Notes: a model not told the origin generated them from the sequence alone. DNA of 64,000 nucleotides from Thermoanaerobaculia bacterium (GCA_036493875.1 DASXPB010000039.1:25313-89312), one strand, 5' to 3'; positions 1-9,442 are shown, counted from the first letter of the stretch. Numbers and translations are program-made.

Positions 1-2728
1 CGCGCTCGACACGCGCCTCGGCCGCAAGGTCGCGCTCAAGGTGCTGCCCAAGGAGCTCCTCACGAACCCCGAGGGCCTGGCGCGCTTCGCCCTCGAGGCG
101 CGCTCCGCCTCGGCGCTGAACCATCCCAACATCGTCACGATCTTCGAGGTCGGCCGCGCGGAGACCTCTCCCTATCTGGCGATGGAGCTCATCGACGGCT
201 GGACGCTGCGCCAGCTGCTCGACGAGGGACCGCTGCCCGTCAAGAAGGCCCTCGAGATCGCGACGCAGATCGCGAGCGGCCTCGCAAAGGCCCACCAGGC
301 CGGGATCGTGCACCGGGACCTGAAGCCCGAGAACATCATGATCTCGCAGGACGGCTTCGTGAAGATCCTGGACTTCGGCCTCGCGAAGCTCCAGGGTCCG
401 CTGCACGGCGCGCCGGCGGGGAGAAACGACGCGTCGCTGACGCAGGTCGGCCTCATCATCGGGACTCCCGACTACATGTCGCCCGAGCAGGCGACCGAGA
501 AGCCGCTCGACTTCCGCTCGGATCAGTTCTCGGCGGGCCTCGTGTTCTACGAGATGCTGACGCGGAGGCGCCTGTTCCACCGCCCGACACCCGTCCAGAC
601 GCTGTCGGCGATCATCCAGGACGACGTCCTCCCGCTCGAGGGTCTCGATGCGCGCGTGCCGCCGCCGCTCCGCTGGGCGATCGAGCGCTGTCTCTCCAAG
701 GATCCCGACGAGCGCTACAACGCGACGTCGGAGCTGGCGCGCGAGCTCAAGCAGATCCGCGACAAGCTCTCCGAGTTCCAGCAGGCGGAGCGCGCGTCGC
801 GCCGCGTCGATCCGGCGACGGGAACGCCGCCGGGCATGTCGGTTTCGCCCGTGCCCGCGCACTCGGTCGCGGCGTCGACGCCGCGCTCCAGGGAAGCCGC
901 CATACCATCCTTGTTCCAGCAGGCCGGACCGAACCCGTCCTTCATGGCGGCGCCCGCCGGCGCGACCCAAACGCCGACGACGCTCACGAGAGCCCGCCGG
1001 GTCCGCGAGTTCGTCCTGGTGCTCGCGCTCGGAGTCGCGCTCTTCGCTTGCGGCGCTCTCGCGGGAGACTGGTTCCGGCGCAAGCAGGCCGACGCGCCGC
1101 CGCCGATCTGGAAGGGGAACCTCCTCGTCGGTCCGATGACTCGCGTCATGGCGCCGCGCAGCTCGCCCGACGGCCAGGCGCTGGCGTTCCTGACGATCGT
1201 GTCGGGGCGCTCGCAGGTCGCGGTCATGAAGCACTCCTCGGGCGACTGGACCGTCCTGACCCGCCGTCCCGACGCCGGCAGCGCGTACAAGGTCTGCTGG
1301 TCGCGGGACGGCGACCGGCTCTTCTTCGATCGCGTCACCGACGTGCCGCGCGGCATCTTCAGCGTTCCGCCACTCGGCGGCGAGGAGCGCGCGGTCCTCG
1401 AGGACGCGCAGGGCCCAGAGGCGCTGCCCGACGGCAGCCTGCTCGTCGTCAAGCGGGATGCCGCGCGCAACTTCCAGATCCACCGCTTCCGCCCGGACTC
1501 GGGCGCGCTCACCCCGGTCGGCCCGCCCGTCGTCGCGGAGGGAGGGCCCCTCGGCATTCGGGCGTTCCCGGACGGGAAGGCCGCGATCTTCTGGGGCCGC
1601 CTGGCCGGCTCGGCCGATGCCGCGCGCCGCGTCTACCTGCTCGATCTCGCCGGCGGCAAGGCGGCGCCGTTCGCGCCCCAGCTGCCGCTCGCCCCGCCGC
1701 TCGCGATCGCCGCGGACGGCAGGTCGGTGCTCGCGTTCGTCACGGTCGGCGACCTCCAGCAGGCGATCTCCGTGTCGCGCGACGGCGAGCAGGGCAAGAT
1801 CCTCTTCCCCGTCACGGGCAAGCCCTGGGGGCTCGACTCGGGAGCGGGCGGGAGCCTCTTCGTCAGCACGACGGATGCTCCGGCCGACCTGCTGCGTTTC
1901 ACTCCGGCGGGCGGCGTCCCCGACCCGGTCGCCACGATCGCGGGCAACCTCGTCACGAGCCTCGCGCAGCTTCCGGACGGCGGCCTGCTCATCCCGAACC
2001 AGGTGCTCGGCCGGCGGCGGCTCCTGATCGCGACGCCGGATGGCCAGCTGAAGCCGTTCCTCGATTCCGCGGAGCAGGCGACGCCGCCCGCGACGCTCGT
2101 GGGCGAGAGCCTCGTGGCGTTTCTCTCCGGCAGCGTCGGTCAGCCGTCGGTGATCACGATCGCGACGCTGCCCGAGGGCCGCATCGTCCGCCGGCTCGAG
2201 GAGACGCGCGGGATCATGCCGCAGAGTCTGGTCGCTTCGCCCGACGGGCAGACGCTCTACTACGTCAACGCGGGGACGCTCTTCTCGGTTCCGGTCGAGG
2301 GCGGGACGCCCACGAGCCTGCGCCCCGCCAACGGCGTCGCGGTCGACGCGCGCGAGCCCGGCGCCGCGCTCATCGTCCAGGTCAATGCGGCGGACGGCGT
2401 CAAGCTGTTCCGTGTCCCGTTCGACAGCGGCTCGGAGCTCTCGATCCTCTTCGCGAGCACGCTGCGGCTCTCGCCGATTCCGATCGCCGGGTCCGCGGTC
2501 GGCCCGGACGGACGGATCGCGGTGACCGTGACCTCGCCCGATACGATGTTCCGCGGCGTCGCGCTGCTCGATCCGGTCACGGCCGTCCTGGAGCGGCTCC
2601 CCGTCGTCTTCGACGGCGACCTGCAGTACCCCGCCTGGAATCACGACGGCAGCCTCCGCGCCGTGGGCGTCCCGATTCGCAGCAGCCTCTGGAAGTTCCA
2701 GCCCCAGGCGACCGAGGGGGGCCGGTAG
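1..2728 (+). CDS. Ser/Thr protein kinase, 5'-truncated at the window edge; kinase domain, TM segment and C-terminal TolB-like beta-propeller region
   Basis: The frame is open from nt 2 (ALDTRLGRKVALKVLP...), so the GTG at 41 is not the true start. Hanks motifs HRDLKPENIM, DFGLAK and PDYMSPEQ are present. There is a hydrophobic segment FVLVLALGVALFACGALAG and C-terminal SPDG/PDG-containing repeats as in TolB-type propellers. Confidence 0.9.
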   Translation, partial: ALDTRLGRKVALKVLPKELLTNPEGLARFALEARSASALNHPNIVTIFEVGRAETSPYLAMELIDGWTLRQLLDEGPLPVKKALEIATQIASGLAKAHQAGIVHRDLKPENIMISQDGFVKILDFGLAKLQGPLHGAPAGRNDASLTQVGLIIGTPDYMSPEQATEKPLDFRSDQFSAGLVFYEMLTRRRLFHRPTPVQTLSAIIQDDVLPLEGLDARVPPPLRWAIERCLSKDPDERYNATSELARELKQIRDKLSEFQQAERASRRVDPATGTPPGMSVSPVPAHSVAASTPRSREAAIPSLFQQAGPNPSFMAAPAGATQTPTTLTRARRVREFVLVLALGVALFACGALAGDWFRRKQADAPPPIWKGNLLVGPMTRVMAPRSSPDGQALAFLTIVSGRSQVAVMKHSSGDWTVLTRRPDAGSAYKVCWSRDGDRLFFDRVTDVPRGIFSVPPLGGEERAVLEDAQGPEALPDGSLLVVKRDAARNFQIHRFRPDSGALTPVGPPVVAEGGPLGIRAFPDGKAAIFWGRLAGSADAARRVYLLDLAGGKAAPFAPQLPLAPPLAIAADGRSVLAFVTVGDLQQAISVSRDGEQGKILFPVTGKPWGLDSGAGGSLFVSTTDAPADLLRFTPAGGVPDPVATIAGNLVTSLAQLPDGGLLIPNQVLGRRRLLIATPDGQLKPFLDSAEQATPPATLVGESLVAFLSGSVGQPSVITIATLPEGRIVRRLEETRGIMPQSLVASPDGQTLYYVNAGTLFSVPVEGGTPTSLRPANGVAVDAREPGAALIVQVNAADGVKLFRVPFDSGSELSILFASTLRLSPIPIAGSAVGPDGRIAVTVTSPDTMFRGVALLDPVTAVLERLPVVFDGDLQYPAWNHDGSLRAVGVPIRSSLWKFQPQATEGGR

Positions 2729-2752
2729 CCAGCGCGTATTCGATTGCCTAAG

Positions 2753-2806
2753 CCCCCTCCCCTCGCCCTCTCCCCCCGGCGGGGGGGAGAGGGTAGGGGT
2801 GAGGGG
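2753..2806. terminator. Imperfect GC-rich inverted repeat between convergent genes (possible bidirectional terminator hairpin)
   Basis: CCCCTCCCCTCGCCCTCTCCCCCC-GGC-GGGGGGGAGAGGGTAGGGGTGAGGGG lies between the kinase stop (2728) and the methyltransferase stop (2858). There is no U-tract. Confidence 0.35.
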
Positions 2807-2857
2807 ACTCCTCACTAAGACGCGTACACCAGCATCGCGTCGCTTACGACGCGTCGC

Positions 2858-3862
2858 CTACGACGCGTAAACCAGCGTCGCCGGAGTCGCGGTCGGCTCG
2901 ATTGACACCTTCGTGAAGCCCGCCTCGCGCAGCCACTTCTCGTACTGCGCGCGCGTCCAGGTCGAGCCCGCCTTCGTCCGCAGCGTCATCACCGAGCGGA
3001 ACATCAGCGCGAATGGCGGGCCGGAGCGGTCGTCGTCCACGACGAAGTCCGACACGACGAGTGTGCCGCCGGGCTTGAGCGCCTTGCGGATCTTCCGGAA
3101 GGTCGCGACGTTCTCCTCCGGCGACTCCTGATGCGCGATGTGCGAGTAGACCGCGACGTCGTGCTCGGCGCTGCCGAAGTCGGCGTGGTGGAAATCGCCG
3201 TCCACCGTCCGGAAGCGGTCGCCGACGCCGAACCCGGCCACGTAGTTCTTCGCGATCGCGTTGACGTTCGCCCAGTCGAACTGGACCGAGCGCGCCTGCT
3301 TCGCGATGCCGAGCCACAGCGCGGAGTAGATTCCCGAGCCGCCGCCGACGTCGAAGAAGGACGCCGGCCCCGCCTGCGCGAGTTTGAGCCGCTCGGCCGC
3401 CGCGAGCGCGACCGGAACCGAGAGCGTCGCGATCGCCGGAACGAGGGCCTCCCAGAACGGGTTCTCCTCCACGTCGGTCGTGCCCTTCACTTCCGGCGCA
3501 CCGCTGCGCACCGCGTCGGGGAACGTCTGCCAGTCCGCGAATTCCGAGAGCGAGACCCGCGCGAAACCGCCGAAGTACGACCGCTTGCCCTCCACGAGGA
3601 ACTCGGCGGCGTCCGGGGTGTTGCGATAGCGGCCGTTCGCGACCGTCAGGAATCCGAGGCCGGTCAGCCCGTCGAGGAGCGTCCCCGCGCCGCGGGGCGA
3701 GATCACGGCCTCCCTGGCGAGCGCTTCGACGGTGTCGGCGCCCTTCTCGACGTGCGTGAAGACCGAGTGCTGTGCGCCCGCCGCGAGGATCGCGGCGGCC
3801 CAGCCGCCGCTCGAGATCTGCATGATGTGCTCGAGACTGGGTTTGGATGCTCCGTCAGTCAT
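2858..3862 (-). CDS. SAM-dependent O-methyltransferase (family 2 type with N-terminal dimerisation domain)
   Basis: 334-aa ORF with the SAM-binding motif FFDVGGGSGIYS, and an N-terminal helical domain typical of plant/bacterial-type O-methyltransferases. AGGAGGAGAC lies just upstream of the ATG. Confidence 0.85.
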   Translation of the reverse strand: MTDGASKPSLEHIMQISSGGWAAAILAAGAQHSVFTHVEKGADTVEALAREAVISPRGAGTLLDGLTGLGFLTVANGRYRNTPDAAEFLVEGKRSYFGGFARVSLSEFADWQTFPDAVRSGAPEVKGTTDVEENPFWEALVPAIATLSVPVALAAAERLKLAQAGPASFFDVGGGSGIYSALWLGIAKQARSVQFDWANVNAIAKNYVAGFGVGDRFRTVDGDFHHADFGSAEHDVAVYSHIAHQESPEENVATFRKIRKALKPGGTLVVSDFVVDDDRSGPPFALMFRSVMTLRTKAGSTWTRAQYEKWLREAGFTKVSIEPTATPATLVYAS

Positions 3863-3912
3863 GTCTCCTCCTGAGGACCCCGGTGCGCGCGATCATTTCA
3901 CGGGAGCCTTTT

Positions 3913-3928
3913 CGGCACGAATGATGCT
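3913..3928 (+). promoter_or_regulatory. Candidate sigma-54 (-24/-12) promoter for the PepSY-like gene
   Basis: CGGCAC-GAATG-ATGCT has GG and GC at the canonical 12-nt register and lies 54 nt upstream of ATG 3983. Confidence 0.4.
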
Positions 3929-3982
3929 CTTCGATGTGGAGTGTCGAGGCGCCGCCGCGCCTCACGACGCAGGAGGTGTTGC

Positions 3983-4474
3983 ATGAGCCGAGTCGTACGA
4001 TTTCTCGCCGCGGTGGCCGCGGGAATCGCCCTCACCGCCGCCGCTCAGGCCGTCGAAAAGGAACAGAAGATCCGCAAGTCGGACCTGCCCGAGGCCGTGG
4101 CGGCCACGGCGGATCGGGAGAGCGCGGGCGCGACCGTCAAGGAGTACGCGAAGGCCGTCGAGAAGGGGCAGGCGGTCTACGCGATGGACGTCGTGGCCGA
4201 CGGGCACGCGAAGGAGATCCTGATCGGCGGCGACGGCAACGTCGTGGCGGTCCGCGAGGAGGTCCCGTTCGCCCAGCTTCCGGCGGAGATCCAGGCGGGC
4301 CTCAAACAGCAGGCGGGAAGCGGCCGCATCGATCACGTCGTCGCGATCTCGAAGAACACGGCGGTCACGGGGTACGAGGCGAGGATCTCGGCGAAGGGCA
4401 AGACCTCGCACATCCAGCTCGGCGTCGACGGGAAGCCGCCGGCGCCCCCAGGATCTCCCGAGCCCGTGCCCTAG
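3983..4474 (+). CDS. Secreted PepSY-like two-repeat protein
   Basis: AGGAGG sits 6 nt upstream of ATG 3983, so the track start at 3941 was rejected. Signal peptide MSRVVRFLAAVAAGIALTAAAQA. Two repeats begin LPEAV... and LPAEI..., each with a G-x-x-YE/YA beta-hairpin pattern. Confidence 0.6.
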   Translation: MSRVVRFLAAVAAGIALTAAAQAVEKEQKIRKSDLPEAVAATADRESAGATVKEYAKAVEKGQAVYAMDVVADGHAKEILIGGDGNVVAVREEVPFAQLPAEIQAGLKQQAGSGRIDHVVAISKNTAVTGYEARISAKGKTSHIQLGVDGKPPAPPGSPEPVP

Positions 4475-4547
4475 GAACGCCTTTTGACTAAAGTCGCTGC
4501 GCCGCGAGGTAACGCGGCGCAGACCGAGGGCGCCGCGCAGACCGAGC

Positions 4548-5519
4548 TCAGCGCAACGCGATCCAGCCGGCGCGTATGAGCCAGAGCGAGGTCACCGAGA
4601 CCGCGAGCCAGAGGATCGACCCCTGCAGGAGTGATCGCGGTCCGACCTGCCGCAGCGTCCGGCGCGAGATCCCGGTGCCGATCAGGTAGAGCGTCAGAGT
4701 GAGGCCGATCCGCGCGAGCTTCACGAGCCACGCGTAGAAGGGAGCGCCCGCGGGCGCGTACGTGGCGCAGACGGCCGCCAGGCAGAAGAGGCCCACGAAC
4801 CACGGCCATTGGATCTTCGCCTTTGCCCTACGCACGGCGGCGGTCGCGACGGCGAGCGGCAGGATCCACAGCGCGCGGGCGAGCTTGACTGTCGTCGCGA
4901 TTCCCAGCGCCTCAGTCCCGAAACGCGACGCCGCGCCCACGACGGAGCTCGTGTCGTGGATCGCGAGGGCCGACCAGAGGCCGAACTGCGACTGCGTCAG
5001 ACCGAGGAACGTGCCGATCGGGGGAAACGCCAGCAGGGCGATCGCGTTCAGCATGAAGATCGTCCCGAGCGACACCGCCATCTCCTCGTCGCTCGCCTCG
5101 ACGAGCGGCCCGACGGCGGCGATTGCGCTGCCGCCGCAGATCGCCGTGCCCGTGGCGATCAGAAACGCGGACTTCGGGCGGACGCGCAGCAGCGAGCCGA
5201 GGCCCATCCCCACCGCGAGCGCAAAGGTGATTCCCAGGATCGTGTAGAGGAAGCCGTCTCGTCCCACGCGCAGGACGCTGTGCAGGCTCATCCCGAATCC
5301 CAGGCCGACGACCGATCCCTGGAGAAGGAACTTCGACGCGCGCCGGGAGAGCGCGTCGAGCGGATGCGCCACCGTCAGGCCGAAGACGAGCCCCAGAACG
5401 AGAGCGATCGGAGGGTTCGTGAAGACCGCGGCGAGAAGCCCCCCGAAGAAGAGCGCGTGCGAGAGGAGCCCCTCGCGATGATGGCGCGGCGCGAGCTCGG
5501 GCGAGGAAGGCGGATTCAC
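4548..5519 (-). CDS. yeiH: YeiH/UPF0324 family membrane protein (putative sulfate exporter family)
   Basis: 323-aa polytopic membrane ORF whose sequence pattern resembles the UPF0324 family throughout. GTG start. Confidence 0.8.
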   Translation of the reverse strand: MNPPSSPELAPRHHREGLLSHALFFGGLLAAVFTNPPIALVLGLVFGLTVAHPLDALSRRASKFLLQGSVVGLGFGMSLHSVLRVGRDGFLYTILGITFALAVGMGLGSLLRVRPKSAFLIATGTAICGGSAIAAVGPLVEASDEEMAVSLGTIFMLNAIALLAFPPIGTFLGLTQSQFGLWSALAIHDTSSVVGAASRFGTEALGIATTVKLARALWILPLAVATAAVRRAKAKIQWPWFVGLFCLAAVCATYAPAGAPFYAWLVKLARIGLTLTLYLIGTGISRRTLRQVGPRSLLQGSILWLAVSVTSLWLIRAGWIALR

Positions 5520-5543
5520 GGCGCAGAGACTACAGCGGCGACC

Positions 5544-5579
5544 AGGATGTTCCGCGGCGAATCGGAATAGGATGTTCCG
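5544..5579. promoter_or_regulatory. Direct repeat AGGATGTTCCG x2 (25-bp period) in the yeiH/amidase divergent promoter region
   Basis: Identical 11-mers at 5544-5554 and 5569-5579, between GTG 5519 (minus strand) and ATG 5600 (plus strand). Confidence 0.3.
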
Positions 5580-5599
5580 ACTTTCAGGAGGAGGGCGGC

Positions 5600-7423
5600 A
5601 TGTCCAAGTCTCGCCGGGAGTTCCTCACCCAGACCGCCGCGGGCATCGTGGGCGCGGCCGCGGCGGGCAAGGCCGCCAAGGCGATCGCCGAAGGACCCGA
5701 TCCCGCTCCGGCCCCGACACCCGTCGCCGGCACGCCTCCGGCGTTCGGCACGGCCCCCCCGGTCGGGCCCGAGGTCTCCCCCGCGACCTTCGCCGAGGCG
5801 GAGAAGCTGGTCCGCTACGAGATGAAGGCCGCCGACCGCGCGCAGGCCGCGGGCAACTGGAGCCGCGCGATGGCCGGGACGATGGAGCGGCGGACGGGAC
5901 CGCGCAAGGTCAAGATCGAGGACGCCGTCGCGCCGGCCTCACGGTGGGATCCCATGATCCCGGGCGTCCAGGACTCCCGGCCCGGACAGAACCGCTTCGT
6001 GCGCAGCGCCGGGGCCGCGCCTCCCCTCCCCCAGAGCGACGAGGACATCGCGTTCGCGACCATCGCGCAGCAGTCGCACTGGATCCAGTCGAAGGCGCTG
6101 AAGTCGGAGCGCCTGACGAAGATCTACCTCGACCGCATCGAGAAGTTCGACCCGAAGCTCCGGTGCGTAATCACCGTGACGCGCGACCTCGCGCTGGCGC
6201 AGGCCAAGCGCGCGGACGTCGAGATCGCGAAGGGCGATTACCGGGGACCGCTCCATGGGATTCCGTGGGGCACGAAGGACCTGCTCGACACGAAGGGCAT
6301 TCGGACGACGTGGGGAGCCGAGCCGTACAAGGACCGCATCCCCAAGGCCGACGCCGCGGTCGTCGAGCGCCTCCACAAGGCGGGCGCGGTGCTCGTGGCC
6401 AAGCTGTCACTCGGAGCGCTCGCGTTGAACGACATCTGGTTCGGCGGACAGACCATGAACCCGTGGGTGCCCGAGGAGGGTTCCGGCGGCAGCAGCGCGG
6501 GGCCGGGCTCGGCGACCTCCGCCGCGCTGGTCGGGTTCTCGATCGGCAGCGAGACGGAGGGATCGATCGTGGATCCGTCGATGCGCTGCGGCGTGACGGG
6601 GCTGCGCCCGACGTTCGGGCGCGTACCGCGCACGGGCGCGATGACGCTGTGCTGGTCGATGGACAAGCTCGGCCCGATGGCGCGAGGCGTCGAGGACACG
6701 TACCTCGTCCTCGCCGCGATCTCGGGGCACGACGACGGCGACGTGTCGAGCGTGAAGAGCCGCCTCGACTTCGACGCCAACGCACCCGTGCAGGGGCTGC
6801 GGATCGGCTACTTCCCCGCGTGGATGAAGGAGCCGCCGGCGACCGAGGTGGACCGCGCGGCGCTCGAGACGGCGAAGACGCTCGGCATGGTGCCGGTCGA
6901 GGTCAGCCTTCCCGACTGGCCCTACGGCTCGATGAACACGATCCTCTTCGCGGAGGCGGCCGCGTCCTTCGAGGAGCTCACGCTTTCGGGAGGCCTCGAT
7001 CAGCTCAAGGCGCAGGTGCCCGATGCGTGGCCCAACACCTTCCGCCAGGCGCGCTTCCTCTCGGCGGTGGACTACGTGCAGGCCGATCGGATGCGCCGCC
7101 TGGTCGCTCTCGAGATGGCGAAGGTCTTCGAGAAGGTCGATCTGCTGATGGTGCCGGCGCTGCGCGACGAGGTTCTGACGATCACCAACTTCACCGGACA
7201 CCCTGGGCTCACACTCCCGGCGGGGTTCGTCGAGATCACGCAGGCGCGCAGCGACTGGGCGCCGGATCCCGGGAACCCGATGCCGATGCTGACGCCGCCG
7301 CGCAAGGTCCCGCATGGAGTCACGCTCGTCGGTCGCCTCTTCGACGAGGGCACGATCGGGAGGGTCGGGATGGCGCTCGAGAAGGCGTTCGGGTTCGTCG
7401 GCACGAGGCCGCCGGGGTTCTAA
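5600..7423 (+). CDS. Amidase-signature family amidase with a Tat signal peptide
   Basis: SRREFL twin-arginine motif at the N-terminus. Amidase signature GGSSAGPGSATSAALVGFSIGSETEGSIVDPS. GGAGGAGGG RBS. Confidence 0.9.
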   Translation: MSKSRREFLTQTAAGIVGAAAAGKAAKAIAEGPDPAPAPTPVAGTPPAFGTAPPVGPEVSPATFAEAEKLVRYEMKAADRAQAAGNWSRAMAGTMERRTGPRKVKIEDAVAPASRWDPMIPGVQDSRPGQNRFVRSAGAAPPLPQSDEDIAFATIAQQSHWIQSKALKSERLTKIYLDRIEKFDPKLRCVITVTRDLALAQAKRADVEIAKGDYRGPLHGIPWGTKDLLDTKGIRTTWGAEPYKDRIPKADAAVVERLHKAGAVLVAKLSLGALALNDIWFGGQTMNPWVPEEGSGGSSAGPGSATSAALVGFSIGSETEGSIVDPSMRCGVTGLRPTFGRVPRTGAMTLCWSMDKLGPMARGVEDTYLVLAAISGHDDGDVSSVKSRLDFDANAPVQGLRIGYFPAWMKEPPATEVDRAALETAKTLGMVPVEVSLPDWPYGSMNTILFAEAAASFEELTLSGGLDQLKAQVPDAWPNTFRQARFLSAVDYVQADRMRRLVALEMAKVFEKVDLLMVPALRDEVLTITNFTGHPGLTLPAGFVEITQARSDWAPDPGNPMPMLTPPRKVPHGVTLVGRLFDEGTIGRVGMALEKAFGFVGTRPPGF

Positions 7424-7440
7424 AGGGGCGAAGGAGGCCC

Positions 7441-8964
7441 TCACCGACGGGGTGAGGGGCGGCGTTCGCGCCGGACGCCCCAGGCGGCGCAGGCGGAAGC
7501 GACGACGGCGAGGGCGGCCGAGCCCAGCGCGACCTCGCGAAACGCGGAGTTCAGCGCGGCGTGGATCGCCCCCGTGGCGGCCCGCTCCTCGTCGGCGCCC
7601 GTCCCGGCGGGCGGCCGCATCGCTCCCAGCTTCGGGCGCTCCGCGTCGAGCGCGCGCCGCAAGGGAGCCGGGATGTGCGCGGCGTCGAGCCGGCGATCGA
7701 GCGCGCGGCCGAAGCCGGACGCGTTGAGAATCCCGAAGGCGGCGATCGCGAGCAGCGTCGCGACGCGCGCCACGGCGTTGCTGATCCCCGAGCCCGTGCC
7801 CGAGTGGCTCGATCCCGCGGCGTTGAGGACGGTCGCCGTCAGCGGGGCGACCACGATGGCCATCCCGAGGCCCAGGACGGCGAGCCCCGGCAGCACCGAA
7901 GCCGCAAAGGAGGCGTCGCCCCGTCCGAGCGCGAGGAGCACGTAGCCGGCCGCGGCGACGAGCGGGCCGACGGTCAGCGGAAGGCGTGGACCGATGCGAT
8001 CGGCGAGGGCCCCGGCCGGGCGCGACAGGGCCCCGACCAGGATCACGAGAGGAAGGATCGACGCCCCCGCGGCGGCCGGCGAGTACCCGCGCGCCTGGAT
8101 CAGCGCGAACGGGAGGTAGAACAGCACGGCCGCGAGCGCGGCATAGAGGAAGAACGTGAGCAGGTTCGCGGCCGTGAAGGTCCGTGACCGGAAGATCGAC
8201 AACGGCACCATCGGAGAGCGCGAGCGGAGCTCGACCGCCACGAACGCCGCGAGGGCCAGGAGACCCAGCGCGAGCGGTGCGAACGTGCGTGCGCTTCCCC
8301 AACCGGCGGTCGGAGCCTCGATCAGGCCGAACACCAGGCCGCCCAGGCCCGCCGTGGCGAGGACCGCGCCCGCGACGTCGAGCCGGCCCGCACTCTCGCT
8401 GCGCGTCTCGCGGATCTTCGCCGTCGCGATGGCCAGCACGGCCGCGGCGATCGGCAGGTTCACGAAGAACACGGCGCGCCACGAGATCGCCTCGACCAGC
8501 CACCCGCCGAGCGCGGGACCGATCGCCATCGCGATCGAGGTGAGCGCCGACCAGGCGCCCACGGCCCGGCCGCGCTCCTTCTCCCCGAACGCCGCGCTGA
8601 GCACGGCGAGGCTCGAAGGAACAAGCAGCGCACCGCCGACGCCCTGAACGGCCCGCGTCGCGATCAGCCATCCGACGCTCGGAGCCAGCGCGCACGCGAG
8701 CGAGGCGGCGGCGAAGAGAACGGTCCCGGCGCAGAAGACCCGACGGCGGCCCAGGCGATCCGCGAGCGTCCCGCCGGTGAGGACCAACGAGGAGAGTGCG
8801 AGCGAGTACGCCTCGACGACCCACTGTGCGCCCGCCGCCGACGCGCCGAGACGCGTCTGGAGGACGGGAAGGGCGATGTTGACGACGCTCCCGTCGATGA
8901 AGGCCATGCTCGAGCCGAGGATCGTCGCCGCCAGAATCCAACGGTAGGAGGAGGCTTTCGCCAC
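7441..8964 (-). CDS. MFS transporter, DHA2 (EmrB/QacA-like, 14-TMS) family
   Basis: 507 aa and hydrophobic throughout, with MFS motifs (LADRLGRRRV-type loop) and an N-terminus matching DHA2 exporters. Confidence 0.9.
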   Translation of the reverse strand: MAKASSYRWILAATILGSSMAFIDGSVVNIALPVLQTRLGASAAGAQWVVEAYSLALSSLVLTGGTLADRLGRRRVFCAGTVLFAAASLACALAPSVGWLIATRAVQGVGGALLVPSSLAVLSAAFGEKERGRAVGAWSALTSIAMAIGPALGGWLVEAISWRAVFFVNLPIAAAVLAIATAKIRETRSESAGRLDVAGAVLATAGLGGLVFGLIEAPTAGWGSARTFAPLALGLLALAAFVAVELRSRSPMVPLSIFRSRTFTAANLLTFFLYAALAAVLFYLPFALIQARGYSPAAAGASILPLVILVGALSRPAGALADRIGPRLPLTVGPLVAAAGYVLLALGRGDASFAASVLPGLAVLGLGMAIVVAPLTATVLNAAGSSHSGTGSGISNAVARVATLLAIAAFGILNASGFGRALDRRLDAAHIPAPLRRALDAERPKLGAMRPPAGTGADEERAATGAIHAALNSAFREVALGSAALAVVASACAAWGVRRERRPSPRR

Positions 8965-9004
8965 GAGGCAGGACTATGGCATGTCGGAGGAGCAAGGGGC
9001 CCGG

Positions 9005-9029
9005 CCCCTTCCCCGCGCGGGAGAAGGGG
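9005..9029. terminator. GC-rich hairpin downstream of the His-rich gene
   Basis: CCCCTTCCCCGC/GCGGGaGAAGGGG forms a stem with one bulge, 20 nt after the stop at 9049. No U-tract. Confidence 0.3.
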
Positions 9030-9048
9030 CCGGGAGAAGCGAAGCCGG

Positions 9049-9402
9049 TCAGTACGGATACGGCGCGTAGACGCGCTGATTCACCCAGTGCGGGAACGGA
9101 AGCGGAACGAACACGCGCACCACTCGGTAGGGCGCGGCGTAGGGGTAGTACGGGTACGCGTAGGGGTACGGGTATCCGTACGCGAACCGCGCTCCGTAGT
9201 AGGGACGAACGACCGCGTGGCCATGGAAATGACCGTCGTGACCGCCGTGGCCGCCGTGGCCGCCGTGGCCTCCGTGGAACGCCGCGTGGGCGCTCACCGG
9301 CTCAGCCTTCGCGGTCGAGGTCGCCGGACCGAACGCGAGCAGGGCGAATCCGAGTGCGACGGCCGATGCGAGCGATTTCAACTTTCCTCTGAGCGAGTTC
9401 AT
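9049..9402 (-). CDS. Small secreted protein with a (HGG)n His/Gly block and a Tyr/Pro-rich tail
   Basis: Start set at ATG 9402 (MNSLRGKL...), preceded by GGAGGGCGGAGG. Signal peptide ...LLAFGPATSTAKA. Mature part reads HGGHGGHGGHGGHDGHFHGH followed by YGYPYPYAYPYYPYAAPY. Confidence 0.6.
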   Translation of the reverse strand: MNSLRGKLKSLASAVALGFALLAFGPATSTAKAEPVSAHAAFHGGHGGHGGHGGHDGHFHGHAVVRPYYGARFAYGYPYPYAYPYYPYAAPYRVVRVFVPLPFPHWVNQRVYAPYPY

Positions 9403-9426
9403 CTCAATGCCTCCGCCCTCCTGCAT

Positions 9427-9442
9427 CGCAACCGGTGTGCCG
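9427..9442 (-). promoter_or_regulatory. Candidate sigma-54 (-24/-12) promoter for the His-rich gene
   Basis: The minus strand reads CGGCAC-ACCGG-TTGCG, 24 nt upstream of ATG 9402. Confidence 0.5.

Noticed and set aside
6407-8995. 862-aa minus-strand ORF spanning the amidase and MFS regions
   Set aside because: The translation is Arg/Gly/Pro/Ala-rich low complexity with no motifs. It is antisense to the amidase and off-frame to the MFS gene, both of which have clear family signatures. This is a typical high-GC shadow ORF.
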